Part shown: positions 1 to 14,152 of the stretch, one piece after another
Layout: each line of letters opens with the position of its first letter
Numbering within the stretch: the stretch's first letter is position 1
Source: Chrysomallon squamiferum
Taxonomy: Eukaryota > Animalia > Mollusca
Reading direction: 5' to 3'
Assembly (NCBI GenBank): GCA_012295275.1
Contig: CM022672.1
Coordinates: 24,242,001 to 24,306,000, forward strand
Length of the DNA: 64,000 bases
Notes under the pieces: model-generated
The model's database searches: none
Told to the model about the DNA's origin: nothing
What the model saw: the letters and a program-made list of their open reading frames with translations, nothing else
Program-made: the position numbers and the translations under genes

Positions 1-901
1 TGTTTGATTGTGCATAGATAGACGAGAGGTTAGTGCCCGAAAAGGAAACGAGACTAGATAAACGATCGTTGTTAGTGCCCTCGGCTGTTTGGGTTTTTTG
101 TGTGTGAATTCAAGGCAACAGTTATTTCTTTTCAGAAATATATAATCATTTGAAAAACAAGCAAACAATGAAAATCATGGCAAACGAGTAGATGTTTTAA
201 CTTTTATTTATTTATTTACTCCTATTTATTGTGTTGTTGATGTTGTTAGTATTACAAAAACCTTACTAATATGACATATATAATAAAGAAGGTTTTTGGA
301 ATGACAAAAAAAAAAAAAAATACAAAAAAAAAGAAGAAAAGAAGTGGAAAAATGTACACAGACGTAATCGAGTCTAAAAGGTATAAAGCAATATAGACAT
401 AATGTGAATTAGAATTAACATGTGAATTAATATTCTTATGTATATGATATTTATAGATGTTTATTTATAGCACCTAGATGATTTAAAGAAATGATGTTAT
501 TTATGTTGGTGATAAATGTGATGGTGACGAAGATTATTATGATATTAACAACGATAACGGTTGCGAATAGTATTCTGTTTGAACAAAGTTCAGTACTTAC
601 ACTTCAGTTCCAATCAGATATAAATACATTCAAGGATTTACAAGTGGGCCAAGGTCTTCGGTCAGCGAGAGAAGAATACATGTAGTTCTCTTTGTTCAGG
701 GACGAATCCAGTGACTCATTCCAGGCTAAATAAAATAGAAAACATATATAACAGAAAACAAAATAAATTAAATAAATTATAAAAGAGGGTTTCCTTTAAA
801 TTCATTTAAAAATAAAACACAAATATAATACCAATACACACTGACGAATCCAGGATTTAAAAGAGAGAAATCTAAATCATAAAAAGTTTTAAAAACAAAA
901 G

Positions 902-935
<34 letters not shown>

Positions 936-2059
936 GGTTGGGAGTCCGAGCAACGATCGTTTTTTATCGACATGAGATTAAAATCCAGGAGAACAAAGAA
1001 GAATTTCAGACGAATCTTATGAGAGCAAAGTCTTTGGTAGTTCCAAGCGTTAGTATCCTCATCCCTCACATTGTGTTGTCTGCCAAATAACGAGCTTCCT
1101 ACGTTCTTTTTCATTCCTAATCATCCATGACTATAATTTCCCCTACATGCCACGTAGGTGCTAATCAGAAGGTACAGAGACGCCGACGGAGCTAGATACT
1201 AAACAGATGCGAGAAAATCGTGATTTATTACTTAACAGACACCTAATACATTCTAATACCAAAACATAAAAATAAAACAGCCTCAATCAGTTTCGTTCGG
1301 AGAAAAACGTATAGTTTTATTAATTAAACAATTAATTGTGCTTTTGCGGGAGAAGTTTCGTAACTTCCTGAGTTTGAAAAAGAAAGCGATGTCGAATTTA
1401 TTCATTTATTTTAATAGGCATCTGTGAGTTACACACACAAAATTATGAATGATTTAAAAACTGTCACAGTAATGATGCTGTAATCACAACAATTGCGTTG
1501 TAGGAGTAAACTACAAATAATATTAACTTAACTTTTACTCAGTTAAGCCTTTGACAGTTATTTTTGTAAAATCGTGGTCGTGATGGACTAATCAGTCAGC
1601 TAAATTAATGTAAGATGTTGAAATAATGTGTATGTTACTCTTAAATGTGTCTCTGTAATAAAGACATAATTATGAATAATAACTATTAACGTCACAGTAA
1701 TACGTCTTTAACTATAAATAATAACTTTTATATATCACACTGACGTTGCCATTATTATAAATAACACGTCTGAGGCAGTGTTGTGGCACCAGACACGTCT
1801 GTTATATCCCAGAAATGAAGCAGTTAACTGAACTATGTCGTTTGATTTCTTTATGCCCGATAATGCGCCATCAATTAATTCTTATGTAATTTTATCCTGA
1901 TAGTCTCAGAGGTAATGGTTATGTGTTAATGAAGATCGTATTGCTAGTGGTGAACTACACAGATGATTGTTCTTGTTATTTCTGTACATCAGAGGTGGAA
2001 GGGTTAATGTTTCAGGTGGTCGTGTTGTTTCAGGTAGTTACTCAAAAAAAGAGGGTTGT

Positions 2060-2076
2060 TTATTATTATTATTATT

Positions 2077-2115
<39 letters not shown>

Positions 2116-2118
2116 ATT
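2060..2118. repeat. (TTA)n(TTG)n microsatellite; a further (TTA)n lies at 2462-2515
   Basis: Directly visible. These tracts account for the poly-L/Y/C/N ORFs here. Confidence 0.97.
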
Positions 2119-2134
2119 AGTGTTGTTGCTGTTG

Positions 2135-2403
2135 GAGTGGCGTGCAGAGGGAGGGCCGAAGGGGCGGTGGTCCCAGGCATCCAAATCGGGGGAAACACAT
2201 TCAATCAGAGAAATGAACTTAATAAATTTGGTTGATATATTTAAATCGAATAAAGTGTTTATTTTATGTTTCATCTGTGTTCATATATTCAAAATATCTT
2301 CCCAGCTCATAATATTTCTCAGTACTAAGCCCAATACTTGAATCTTTGGGGCATACAATCAAGGAATTGGCCCACGGTATCACCAGACCTCTGCACGTCA
2401 CTG
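2135..2403. mobile_element. Non-autonomous hAT-type MITE, 269 bp
   Basis: The 16-bp TIRs GAGTGGCGTGCAGAGG (2135) and CCTCTGCACGTCACTG (ends 2403) match at 14/16. The flanking 8-mers TGCTGTTG (2127-2134) and TGCTGTAG (2404-2411) match at 7/8, consistent with the 8-bp TSD of hAT elements. A related copy lies at 30422-30567. Confidence 0.8.
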
Positions 2404-2459
2404 TGCTGTAGTTATTATGAAATTGTTATTGTCGTTGCTGTTATTGTTGCTGGGGGTGT

Positions 2460-2518
<59 letters not shown>

Positions 2519-2639
2519 ACTGGACTTAAAAGATTAGACAGACATCAGAATGTAACTCCACTATTATTCACGTTAACTAGACGAAAATAATTGCGAATAT
2601 ATATCCTATGTGCAATCAGTTATATATGCTAATACAATG

Positions 2640-4450
2640 TGCAACGATTAAACTAGTAACATAATTCACCTGATCGATGTTTAAAGACAAGCTGTCTGGC
2701 TGAGCACAAAGAGACAGACTGGAACTCAGTGGTTATCCACACATGTTTGTTTGTTATCAGTAATATATACCTCGCGTGTGTCTAGGTGTTTGCTGAGAAT
2801 GATAGTAATAGAATATTGTAAGTATTAACATAGTTACCTCGTTTTGATCTCGGACAGAGATATCTGCATAACAGTATAATTAAAATGTATCTAGTCTTAA
2901 GAAAATTGTAATTATTAAATTCTTTAATTTATAGGTTTTGCAGATACTGTTTCTTTGTCAGTGCCTGGATATACTAGATTAAAAGCCTAAGTATTTTAAA
3001 TTTATGATTCAACAAACAATAATCAGGTATCTTTCCACGACATTTTCCGAAAACAATACTTTAAAAATGTAAACACACTTTCCAGTCAACCTGTATTGAA
3101 TCGCTTATCTCAGTAACGCTAATGGATATTGGATTGAAATTCTGTGACTGGTATATCAAAGTAGTGTTTAACGCATTCTTCTTCAAGGAAGACCAAAGAA
3201 AACGACTTCAAGCATGCGATTGCCGGTTTTCAGTCTGCATGTCAAACAACATGCTGAATATATAGATTAAGCCTCAACACAAGACTTACAATGCATTATG
3301 TCTGTCGTCTATAATTTCCAGAATTCAGTAATTATTATTTTCTGAATTTGTATGATAACAAGTTAATCCCGCAAGAATTCTGTCACGAATACCAACACCT
3401 GTTCATTATCATCTTAATGCTATACATTTCCGAAACTATTAAAACGGCAGGCACTGATAAAATTAAAGTCTTGCCTGCATCTTGACATCGAAAGAATAAT
3501 TTTATTCAAAGCAAGTTCTGCACTAAAGGTACAGTGTTACATTTAGTCCATTATTCTCAAATGACTGTTTTATTTATTTTTCACTTCTACATCATAAGTT
3601 CGTGAATTATATACACTACTGCATAATATGCTTTTTAATATAAGTTGATCTTTGGCGATAAACTCAGTTGGAAGCCTGCTTCCAGAACCGGAAACAACAG
3701 CTTTAACAGAAAATATTAAACCATTGCTGCTGATAAGTTCTCTTGGTTTGTCCTGCAGTGAATAATTTACCAAAAAAATTTATCATTCGTTATCTTGAAT
3801 GTATTACCTCATTAATAATTACATTGCTGTCCAGATTCTGTGAAGACTTAATGCAGTTTTGATGCTACTGACATAGGCAGTCTGAAACCCCTAAGCATGT
3901 TTCTGCTAAAACAACATGTGTATTAAGAGATTTGCATTAAATCTACACTGTTTCTACCACCAAAACCATTGTATATAATAAGCCCACGGCTACAGTTTCG
4001 ATCGCCAAATGCCGCCGATCTCATATTTCACTTGAAGTATGCTTTCAAGAAATGTCTGCAATGCCTTCTCGTTTTATGTTATAAAAATACTGAGAATGAC
4101 TCCCTCTGTTATGAAAAATATTCTCAATAATTTAGAACTGTCTGGCCATTTAAAATATTATTCATGATATAACTTTATGCAAAACCAAATAAAACAAAAA
4201 TAATACTTACTATGGTTCTTCAGTTAGTGTAAAATATATTTAGCAACTGATCTGCACATTTCTAGATTCTTGCATAGAAAATTTGTCAAAGAATTGCAAC
4301 TAATCTAGTTGCTGACAGAAACAGAAACATTTAGCAGACAAATACTTTTGTTATTAGGGTTTGCGTTTTCGAGAAGGCACGCTGAGTCTCATAATGTTTA
4401 ACACAAAACAATCATCTAAGAATAGACAAAAGCGTTCTGTATTTTCTGTG
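2640..4450 (-). pseudogene. Highly degenerate hAT-like transposase remnant
   Basis: Minus-strand peptide fragments occur in the order and spacing expected for a hAT transposase: VKHYETQ (~4400), KCADQLLNI (~4250), GFGGRNSV (~3955), DCLCQ*HQNCIK (CxxH-like, ~3860), LSLSPKI (RWLSL.P-like, ~3655). There are many stops and frameshifts, and the boundaries are approximate. Confidence 0.45.
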
Positions 4451-7400
4451 GCTCTAAATGCTTGCGTAACAGTAGTGGAATGTTTGTATTCCGAGACTGG
4501 TGCCACCTGAAAAGCTATAGAATCTCCGGAGGAAATTACAAGAAAATGTTTTCAATAATCCTTCCAGTCGCCATTCATAAATACCGGACATTAATTCCTA
4601 CATATGTTTACCAACAATGCTAATTTAGCAATGGAAAAGTTTATTCTTTTTGAATTTATTTATTTGTATTTTTACCTCCGTCTTTAAGCTTTTCCAATAA
4701 ATCTTAGATATGCATAATTTCTCTATTATCATTCGACAAAAGCAGATGTGTATATTAAACCATCGAATACGAAGGGATTTAAACATTAATATTTTATGTA
4801 CATACATATATATTTTTTTTTTTTTTCTTTTTCACAAAGCTCGAAGATTGTGCTTTGATATTATCATAATTGTTTTTAAATTGTTATATTTATGTTTATC
4901 TTTGCATTTGCCTTATACAATACTAATGAATACTAAAAGATAAACGCATATTATCATAGGAAATATTAAATTATAATACATAATGGATTGGTAAAGAATT
5001 ATTTTATGTATTTAAGAAAAGTTCTACTGGAAAAAAAGGTTATCAGTGGATATTTTTATTAATGTTTTTTGCACTGTCTATTCCGTTTTTCATCTTCTTA
5101 TTTTTTCTATTCATTAATCCTTTTTCTTTTAAGTTTTTTTCTTTTATCATTATTATTATTTTTTTTAAATTATTTTTTATTAAATTATTTTAATTATTTA
5201 TGTTTCTGTTTGAAATAATTATAGGATTACATCTTTCTCCTCTGTCTTATGTGGCGTCATTTTATAACATTTTATAAAACAAAAATTTGTTTTATTGTCT
5301 TATTAAGGACGGTATTTACACCTTTGTAATTTAAAACATATGCAAACAGAAAGTGTTTGTGCATTTGTTAAACGGCTTTAAAGAGGATGTTGGTAAATGC
5401 GCCAACAAAACAAAAAATGCTGACAAAACTGCTGCGGCTGACTCTATGTAGAAAAATGAAACCGGATTTCTTCCAAATCGTCTTGTATTGCAGCATTTCC
5501 CTAAATATCGAACAAAATCCTAACTTTAGATGTCTTGTCTTCACTGAGACTAAGAGATTCTTTTTGAGGAAGACAAGATGCTGTCATCGAAATGTTTGTT
5601 TATACTGGGTGCTAATGGACCCGCGACATAAAAGAGACATTTATATGACGTACTTCCAAATACGACTGCAGCGGTTAACTCACATTAGAGTTCGACACAG
5701 TTTTGAACTGAATCTTATAAAATATTGACTTAATCTGCTTTGACGGCAGTTTTTGTAAGCCTTTATTATTTTCTTTGGTGAATTAAAAGAGACCTCGCAG
5801 GGCACCGGATAAACAAGTCTCGCATTTGATCCAGTACGAAATCTGCACGTGATTATTCACATAGTACTGATTCTTTGAAATTATAAACCACTCTCAATAA
5901 AGAAAGATGAATAATGTTTGTCTTAGAATTCAGGATTTTAAAATGTGTAAATATTTTGCAACATCAACCAATAATATTTATGTTACTCATTCAAAAGTTT
6001 AATTGAAATTATACATTTTAATACCATTAATCAGAAAATATATATTGTCTGGATCTGATCAAGCTGAAGATCGAATGTTCATCATTGTTGTACTTCGTTT
6101 CTAACATACAAAACTGCCACTGTTTGTTCTACAGAAAAAATATATTTAAAAATCAAACCAAAAAAAGAACTCAGATGTAGATAGAAATCTATTACACAAG
6201 ACGCTGCAGCAGATAATTGTTTATAACGAGATGAACCACACTCAGCCTTGCTGGACAGACTTCATCACAATATTTCACTGGAAATGTACGAAATCACCGA
6301 ACGCCAGACACGCAAGTTCTTACAAATTACTGCATGTACCGAAACAGTTGAGAGTTTATTTACAGTTTCGCCCATGCCGTGCGATTTTTAATGTACACTC
6401 AACTGGATCTGGTAAATACCACGCTGCTTGTTTTCACTGAAACTTGCCCTCGCTGATCAATCACAGGCGCTGCACGTTGCTCAATATTACTTACTGCCAG
6501 AAGCATCTCACTGCACAGAGTCCATTCAACGCCGTAAGGTCATTCGTCTTTCTTTTTACTTCTTTGTTGTTGTTGTTGTTGTTGTTGTATGGGTTACTTT
6601 ACATGTATTGAATTTCCACTCATAGCCATGTCAACATTTTCAAAAATCGCTGTGACTTCAAGCATGCATTAAATAGGATACGGAAATAGTATGTTTTATA
6701 ATAATATATAGTTAAGGCGATTTTATTAATGAATACTATTTTATTTTTCGATAATTTCAGTTCTCTGATAACAACTGCAACAAAAATATATAATTAAAAA
6801 GAAAATAATTTTCACTGTTCTGAAAATAAAAAATGTCCAAAACCTGTTTGAGAATAATCGAAAATAAAAATAAGAAATGTATGGTGTTTTAATCCGAGGC
6901 AGTGATTGCCGATTCACTAGAATATTATCAGTAATTTAAATTGAAGAATACATCGTTAATGAAATAAATGCTTTCTTCTACATAAATTATCTAACCCCTC
7001 GTTCTATACGGCACGGGATTTTCCGGAAATAATTAATATCTTTACGAAATATAATGTAAATAATGGAACTGTAAATTCGTAATAAAGACAAGCAATAAAA
7101 CAAAGAAACCAAAAAGAAAAAGAAAAAAAAAAAAGAGGAAGAAGAAAAGAACCAGCAATAATATTATAGTACACTTTTAAAATGCTATTCAAACCTTATT
7201 TTCCTTACACATTTAACCGTTCACTTTACTACGATATTTCCTTATACTGTTTCCTGTTTTGACATATTGGTGTTGTCAAAATGTTTGCATTACATAGCTG
7301 CGTTAAAACATAAGTAATTATATTAATAAGAAGTTGTTTTTATATATATTATGCTATTATTCATTCCTTCAAGCTGGAAAGAATACTACATACTCATCGT

Positions 7401-9632
7401 GCCATTTCTTAAAAATAATTAATCGCTACTGTTCTCAAATGGAATATGTTATAAACCTAACATTACAAATTTCAGGTTTCTGATCTAACAAATAATTCAG
7501 TATCTGAATTATTTTGTCGCGACAAATCTTAGTTAAAAGATAATTAATAGGTTAAACAAACAAACAAACAAACAAACAAACAAACAAAATCTCTACAAAC
7601 ATGAAATAGCTTTTCATGTAGCATGTCATCTGACTAACAATTTAAGTAGAATGATTGTGGAATAATAAACGCGAAAAGAATTCGTTCAAATTCGAAACAC
7701 TTGGCATCGTTTTGAAAATAGCACTTACAAAGCATTTGTCTGAACGGGATAGTAGTGTGGTAACCGCGTAAAGGAAGAGATTTTATCTGCATTGAGTTGC
7801 GTGTATTTTGCAGCTATTCTGTATACATATCGCTGATCTTAAAATCATTATTCTTAAACCCGTATGACAGAAAAAAACACTAAATCTTTTATGACAGAAA
7901 AAAAAACCGCTATGTGCACACAGGTGTATCGATAACTAATGAAGCCCATTGATACTTTAATGACCGAGTAAGAGAAGATCACTGAAAAGTAAATGACTGT
8001 TACTAATGTGTTCAGTCGACTGGCACAGAGATAAAAATAATATGTAAACCAATCATAAAATAGGACAAAGGCTAACTATCAGACTAGAAGTTCTGTTCAC
8101 GGATGAATTCTTTCTCAATATATAATAATATTTGAGTACTTATTTGATATCTATACACGTCAAGAATGTGGTATAATCATGTCAGAATGTACTTACAGTA
8201 TTTCTTGCAGATATAATTAAACCTAAAAGCATGGCGCATTTAGATAATCATACATTATATAGATACAAACATACATACGTAATATTATATATAACTACAC
8301 ACCCACATATACACATTCAGACACACATACATAAATACATACATACGTAAGATCGATATATAGATATAAAAATACTGTTCACATTCGTAATACAAACTAC
8401 ACAAATATTATTCAATTTAGCAATTAAATAACATTTTATATTTCATTTAGTATTTAAAAAAAAAAGAAGAAAAACCTTAATATATATATTAATCTATGAG
8501 TATGTAATGTGAAACACCTTACCACAATCCAGGTAATGTTTTCTGTCAGCAGAGTAACAAGACAAAACCTTTGATGGACAACGTTGTCATTTGTATGTTT
8601 TTGTATGCTCCTCAGCTCTGTGAACGTTTTAACGAGGAAATCAACTACAGATCATTAAAAGATTCAGAGAGGTAATCACATGGCAGAAAACAGATTTTTT
8701 TTTCTTATAAAATTGCCAGCTTGAACGGAAGAGGATCAACATGTCTTCGTGAGTGATGTGTTATAGTACTCTGATAATACATGGTTACTGGAGCTTCCCT
8801 GTTATTGTCGGAGCGCGCAGACGACAATCACCACAAGGACGCTGGAGTCCACTGTCTACAGATTATAACCGTTTTGGTTCAGTCTCAGACGATTCCGTAG
8901 TGGAACATGACCAACCAACGCTCTTAGTTAACGTCTTTGCGCTTTCCTATTAGTAGAAGTGCGCCAATAATGCAGCGAGATATACATAAGAAGAAACAAT
9001 TATGGCAGACTTTGTGGTAAATAATTAGTCCCAAGATAAATTTAAATTGGTGTCATATTTAGCTTTGCTTCGTTATTAGTGTTTATTTATAGCACACGAA
9101 ATAGTTCTCAGCGTTATCGGTGCGAATAAAATAAAATTAAAATAAAAAAAGGAGTAAAATAGACTATAATTAATTAGTACATTCATTATATATAGAAGCA
9201 TTCAGTAATTAATTGAACATAGATTATAGCCTGTTTAGCATTGCAAGTTGATAACATGAAATAATGACTTAAAATTCGAAAATATATATATTATACATGT
9301 GTGTATGAGTGTTTTCGTAACTGGTACATGTATGTAGTAATTTTCTTTCAAAATTTAACAATAATTATATAAAACGGCAAATAATTTGTTGTAAAAGTTT
9401 ATCTGTGGAAACTGTAAACGTCAGTTATAAAGCATTTCTAGCTTTAAGCTAATCAGTCTTTCTAAGTGGGCGTTAATACTGCTAATAACTGTTATTTCCA
9501 GATATTAATCATATACAACACACAGCTGGTAGATTCGTTGTCTCAGAAAACTGCGTGGGCCATTTTAAACAGATTACGAACAAAAATTGACGATTCTTGA
9601 GTAATTAGCGAAAACTGAAGTGGAGTCAACAT

Positions 9633-9634
<2 letters not shown>

Positions 9635-9685
<51 letters not shown>
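9635..9685. repeat. (GT)n microsatellite
   Basis: Directly visible. Confidence 0.98.
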
Positions 9686-9686
<1 letters not shown>

Positions 9687-12002
9687 TTCTAATCTTTAAA
9701 ATAATTTCTTGTATCGAGTGATTTTAAAAAGTATTTCATGTTCTGATGAGAGTTGCTGTATATAGAGTCAAAAAGTGGAAACAATTCTTTTTTATCGCTA
9801 ATAATATATAATTTTTTTTAATAATAAAAAAAAAAGCCTATACACATTACTGGTTATTTTGAAATATATATTTTAATTTGCTTATGCGCAGACAGTTATA
9901 TATTTATTTAAAACATTTTCTCTTTTTTAATATTGTTATTATTATTAATACTTTTTTATTTTTATTTTTTTTATTCCTATTTGTTAAGATTAAAAATGTA
10001 AACTGAGAAATGTAATAAAACCTGCACTCTAAATCATACATTTATCTCTCTTCCTCTGTCCATCTGCTTCTATGTTCCCCTCTCAGCTACATTCGTTCTC
10101 TCTTCTTTCACCTGAGACTTGGTTTTGTTCCTTCTTCTTCTTTCTTTTTTGTTTGTTTGTTTTGTTACGTTTCTTTTCAATGACCAGACATAAATAAATT
10201 GTTGGTTGGGCTGATTCTTGAGTCAGTGACAAGTAATGAAACCAAAGTAATGTCTTAAAATCTTGCTTTTTGTTTTCTCCTTTTAGTTGAGCATAAGAGA
10301 CAAACCGTAAAAGAGTGAGTGTCTTTCTAAAGCTCAACGTAATTAATATAAAAAGCATAGAATATATCAAACGCAAGAAAAATATTTGTATTATACGGCC
10401 TTAATTTATTTTCTTTTTCCCTTCTTTTCTTCTCTTCTTTTTTTTTTTTTTTTCCACCTTCTTAATGAATTACTTTCTGTGTGTACTCAGTGTTCAGTGA
10501 TTAAGAGAGAAATATAGCTCGTGTAAAGAAAGCAGCTTTTCGGGAAAATCTTGTTGACAATGCTTAACACACCATCTTACAATGTTTGATGAAAAAATAA
10601 AGGAAGGCAATGCTGTAGCTGAACTATTCATTCAGTTGCTGTATGTCGTTACAAATAACTATAGTATAAACATACTGTGGGGAAAAAAAGGAAGATCACA
10701 ATCGATGCTTATGTTTTGTTTGCATTGGGAATTTGTTTAACAGTGACTACTCTGTTGTCGTGGATGCTATTATTCAGATATGTGAAAGGGCAGTCGCTGA
10801 AAGGTTTAATCTTAAGACGTAGATCATTCTTTAAATAATTTTTTTTTTTTAAATCAATCAATCATCAGTTCTAGATATCAAAATAACCATACATCTATCT
10901 GTACGAGCCTGTACCCTGTTATCGTGTATCATATATTAATAAAATAGGTCAGGCTCTTCCTATATTTTTCTGAGTGTAATATGATCCAAGTCCAAATTCT
11001 GAAGTCTGTAATTTATTACAGTGAAAAAAATGAATGCTCAACAAAGATTGTTAAGCATATTATTATGGTTTGTAGAATAAACTAGATATGAGAGACACAC
11101 TGTTTTGCCAGGACTACACCGAAAAAGATAAATACAACTGGGCAAGACAACTTCATTACAAAGCAGTAATACAATATATAATACAATTTCTGAATTCGTT
11201 GAAAATCTATTTCTTAAGAAATTGGTTCACTTCACATTGATTCAACAAGTGATGTTAATTGTCAGTCTAAAATTCTGTGGTTTATGTAACTGTTATTCGT
11301 AACTTGTTCTATTAGATTACTACAATATGTAATTTACAGGTTTAGCATAGACGAAAGGTATGTTATACAGAAAATAACTACTAGTACGTACATAACTAGA
11401 AAAAGAAAAACGAGGAAATTACTAAAGGATAATTTCGTTATTTTTTCATGACCAGTGCTCCTAAATTACTGCTTTTTGTTTTTTAAATTTTTTCCATTAT
11501 TATTTTTTATTCAGTTGATTTGTTTTGTTTGTTTTTCTTTCCTTCTTTACTGTGGTTATCTGTGTTTTATGGGTTGTTCTGTTGTTTAAGAATTTGAAGA
11601 AAATGTAAACTTTTTTTTTAAACATGAATTCTTGTAGTACTTTTTTATATTATAGAAAAATATGAAGCGGCAGTTTGCATCATAGCTACAGCTTTTCAAG
11701 TCTGAATCTTAGAATGTAATTTATTGCGTGTGACCTATAAACAAACGTCAACACGGTGTGCAGATAAACAGTATGAATGATAACAGTTTGTCTGAAAGAA
11801 ACGAAGTCTTAATAATTAAACAATAATGTGATTGATCTATCTCCAGACGTGGCTGGCAGTTCGGCGATGGCTTGTTAAGATGTACATTACGATAGTCGTG
11901 GGTGTGTTTTAACTACACAGCAGATGCTAAGAAGAAGAAAAAAGAAAAAAAGGTACGTAAAACGAAGCTATGAGATAATTGTATGATTTCCATTTGTTTT
12001 AT

Positions 12003-12064
12003 ATGTGTGTGTGCGTGCGCGCGCGCGCATTTTGTGTGTGTATATATATGTGTTTGTGTTTGTA

Positions 12065-12105
<41 letters not shown>

Positions 12106-12187
12106 ATGTGTGTGTATAGATAGATAGACAGACAGACAGACAGATAGATAGATGGATGGATGGATAGATAGATAATTAGAGAGATAA

Positions 12188-12233
<46 letters not shown>

Positions 12234-12310
12234 GGATAGATGGATAGATAGATAATTAGATAGATAGGTAGATAGATAGATAGATACCGATATGGATAGA
12301 TATAGATATA
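12003..12310. repeat. Compound microsatellite (TG)/(CG)/(TA)/(GACA)/(GATA)/(GATG)
   Basis: Directly visible. Confidence 0.97.
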
Positions 12311-14063
12311 GACGAAAATATTACTATCATTATTATTGTTTATTAAAGTCCAGTAAATTATAATATTATAAGTTTTATTCCGCTTAAGTTGATATGGCTT
12401 TGTAGATTTCATACGAAATTATTTCCTAAAGTTATTAATTGATATTAAAGTAGAAATCATTTATTTTGATACATGTTTTGTTTTTTGTTTTTTTTTTTAA
12501 ATAGGAAATTCAGGAAATATATGTCATATTTTATATTAACGTTAGTATAACTTCAAAATGTTACGGACAATGAAGGGCGTTGCTTTAGACAGGTTTCCTT
12601 CTTCCGTGTGGTCGTTTTCCGCATTGTGTAGAGCTATTATAAAATTCTAATTTTAGAAACTGCACCTATTCCAGAGGCCACGGAATAACAATAACTCTTG
12701 TATACTGTCAGTGAATGTTTGTGCTGAATTGGTTTGTGTATAAAGGTTAAAAAAACACTCGTTTATCAACTGACCTAATGCTAGTTATAAATCATGATAC
12801 AGTCTGTTATAAGCAGATATTTAAATTTTAAAATAATAGTAAAACAATACAGCTCTGTTTTACATTTATTTATTTATCATCGTCGTCATCTTTATTTATT
12901 TATTTATTTATTTATTTACTTATTATATTTTGTTAACATATTTTTTCTAAGATGTATTCAATCTTATTTTATTATTTATCATGAAATATATAAAACTATG
13001 GATTTTAAAGACAAATACAAGATGTAATTTTGAAATAAAAACTTAATTAAATGGCTGTTTAAAGGCACCTCAACAACATATTTTAGTATTAATATTAAGT
13101 TATTAAAATAGTTTCATATAATTATAGGACGACACTATCTATTTCTCCTCCAAAGGCTATTTTATTTACTTTACTAGCCAAAAGTTGTTTTTAACAAGAA
13201 CAAAAACACATTTCAAGGCCGTTAGTTTTGGTATACACTAACCTGAAATCAAAATAACCAAAAAGGAGCTTCGAGGAGGACTGGTCCTGCAAGTAGTCTT
13301 AACTCCATCATCACAAACAAATAAATAAATAAATAAATAAGTGTCACCAAATGCATCACTGGTAACGTTTTCATAGTATGTACATAATGTTAAGTTGAAA
13401 CAGAGCATTATCTACTAATAAATTTGTTCAAAATATATTTTGTAGTATTCTAGAAATACAAGAAAACAAAGTCAAGAAAGAAAGCAGTTTGCTTGGCGCA
13501 AATTGGCAACATACCATCTTCCGCAGTCAGCACTTATTTCCAAATCTCTGAGATTCTCAAAAGCTAATCAAGAATTTTCTGTGTTCAAAACGTGGATCGC
13601 GCAGGTAGACCTAGATATTTTTTTAGTCTTAGTTTCCATGGAAAGAGATTCCTCCTGTCAGTAATAAAATTTGTTTTTCTTTTTTCAGTGTTTAAACATT
13701 CGAAAACTGAACCCCATTTCCAAAAAAAGAAAGTCCTTCGGGAGCGTGAGATTAAATAAGAACACAATTACAGATGTGCTAGTAATAACTTGACAATGAA
13801 AATATTTATTGTAGTTATTCCATATTAAAAAAAACAACAACAACAACAAAAAAAAACAAAAAAAACAATAACAACTAAATTTAAAAGATGAAGAAGTGAT
13901 AAAACAGTTTATATATATCAGTAACTGTTACTTCGTGTTAGTATATTATGAAGGCCTGATGTAACAAACATGTGAATAAAAAGATATGAAGCTGTTTCAG
14001 TGCTAGTGCACTATTAATGTGTACGTGCATACCCACCTCTCTACATAATGCATACATAAATAG

Positions 14064-14069
<6 letters not shown>

Positions 14070-14150
<81 letters not shown>
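14070..14150. repeat. (GA)n microsatellite
   Basis: Directly visible. Confidence 0.98.

Positions 14151-14152
<2 letters not shown>

Noticed and set aside
15-80. Direct repeat TAGATA.ACGA...GTTAGTGCCC (twice) at the window start
   Set aside because: There are only two short copies at the window edge, which cannot be interpreted without upstream sequence.
872-1114. 80-aa minus-strand ORF
   Set aside because: It runs into a homopolymer-derived poly-Phe tract and shows no recognisable domain.
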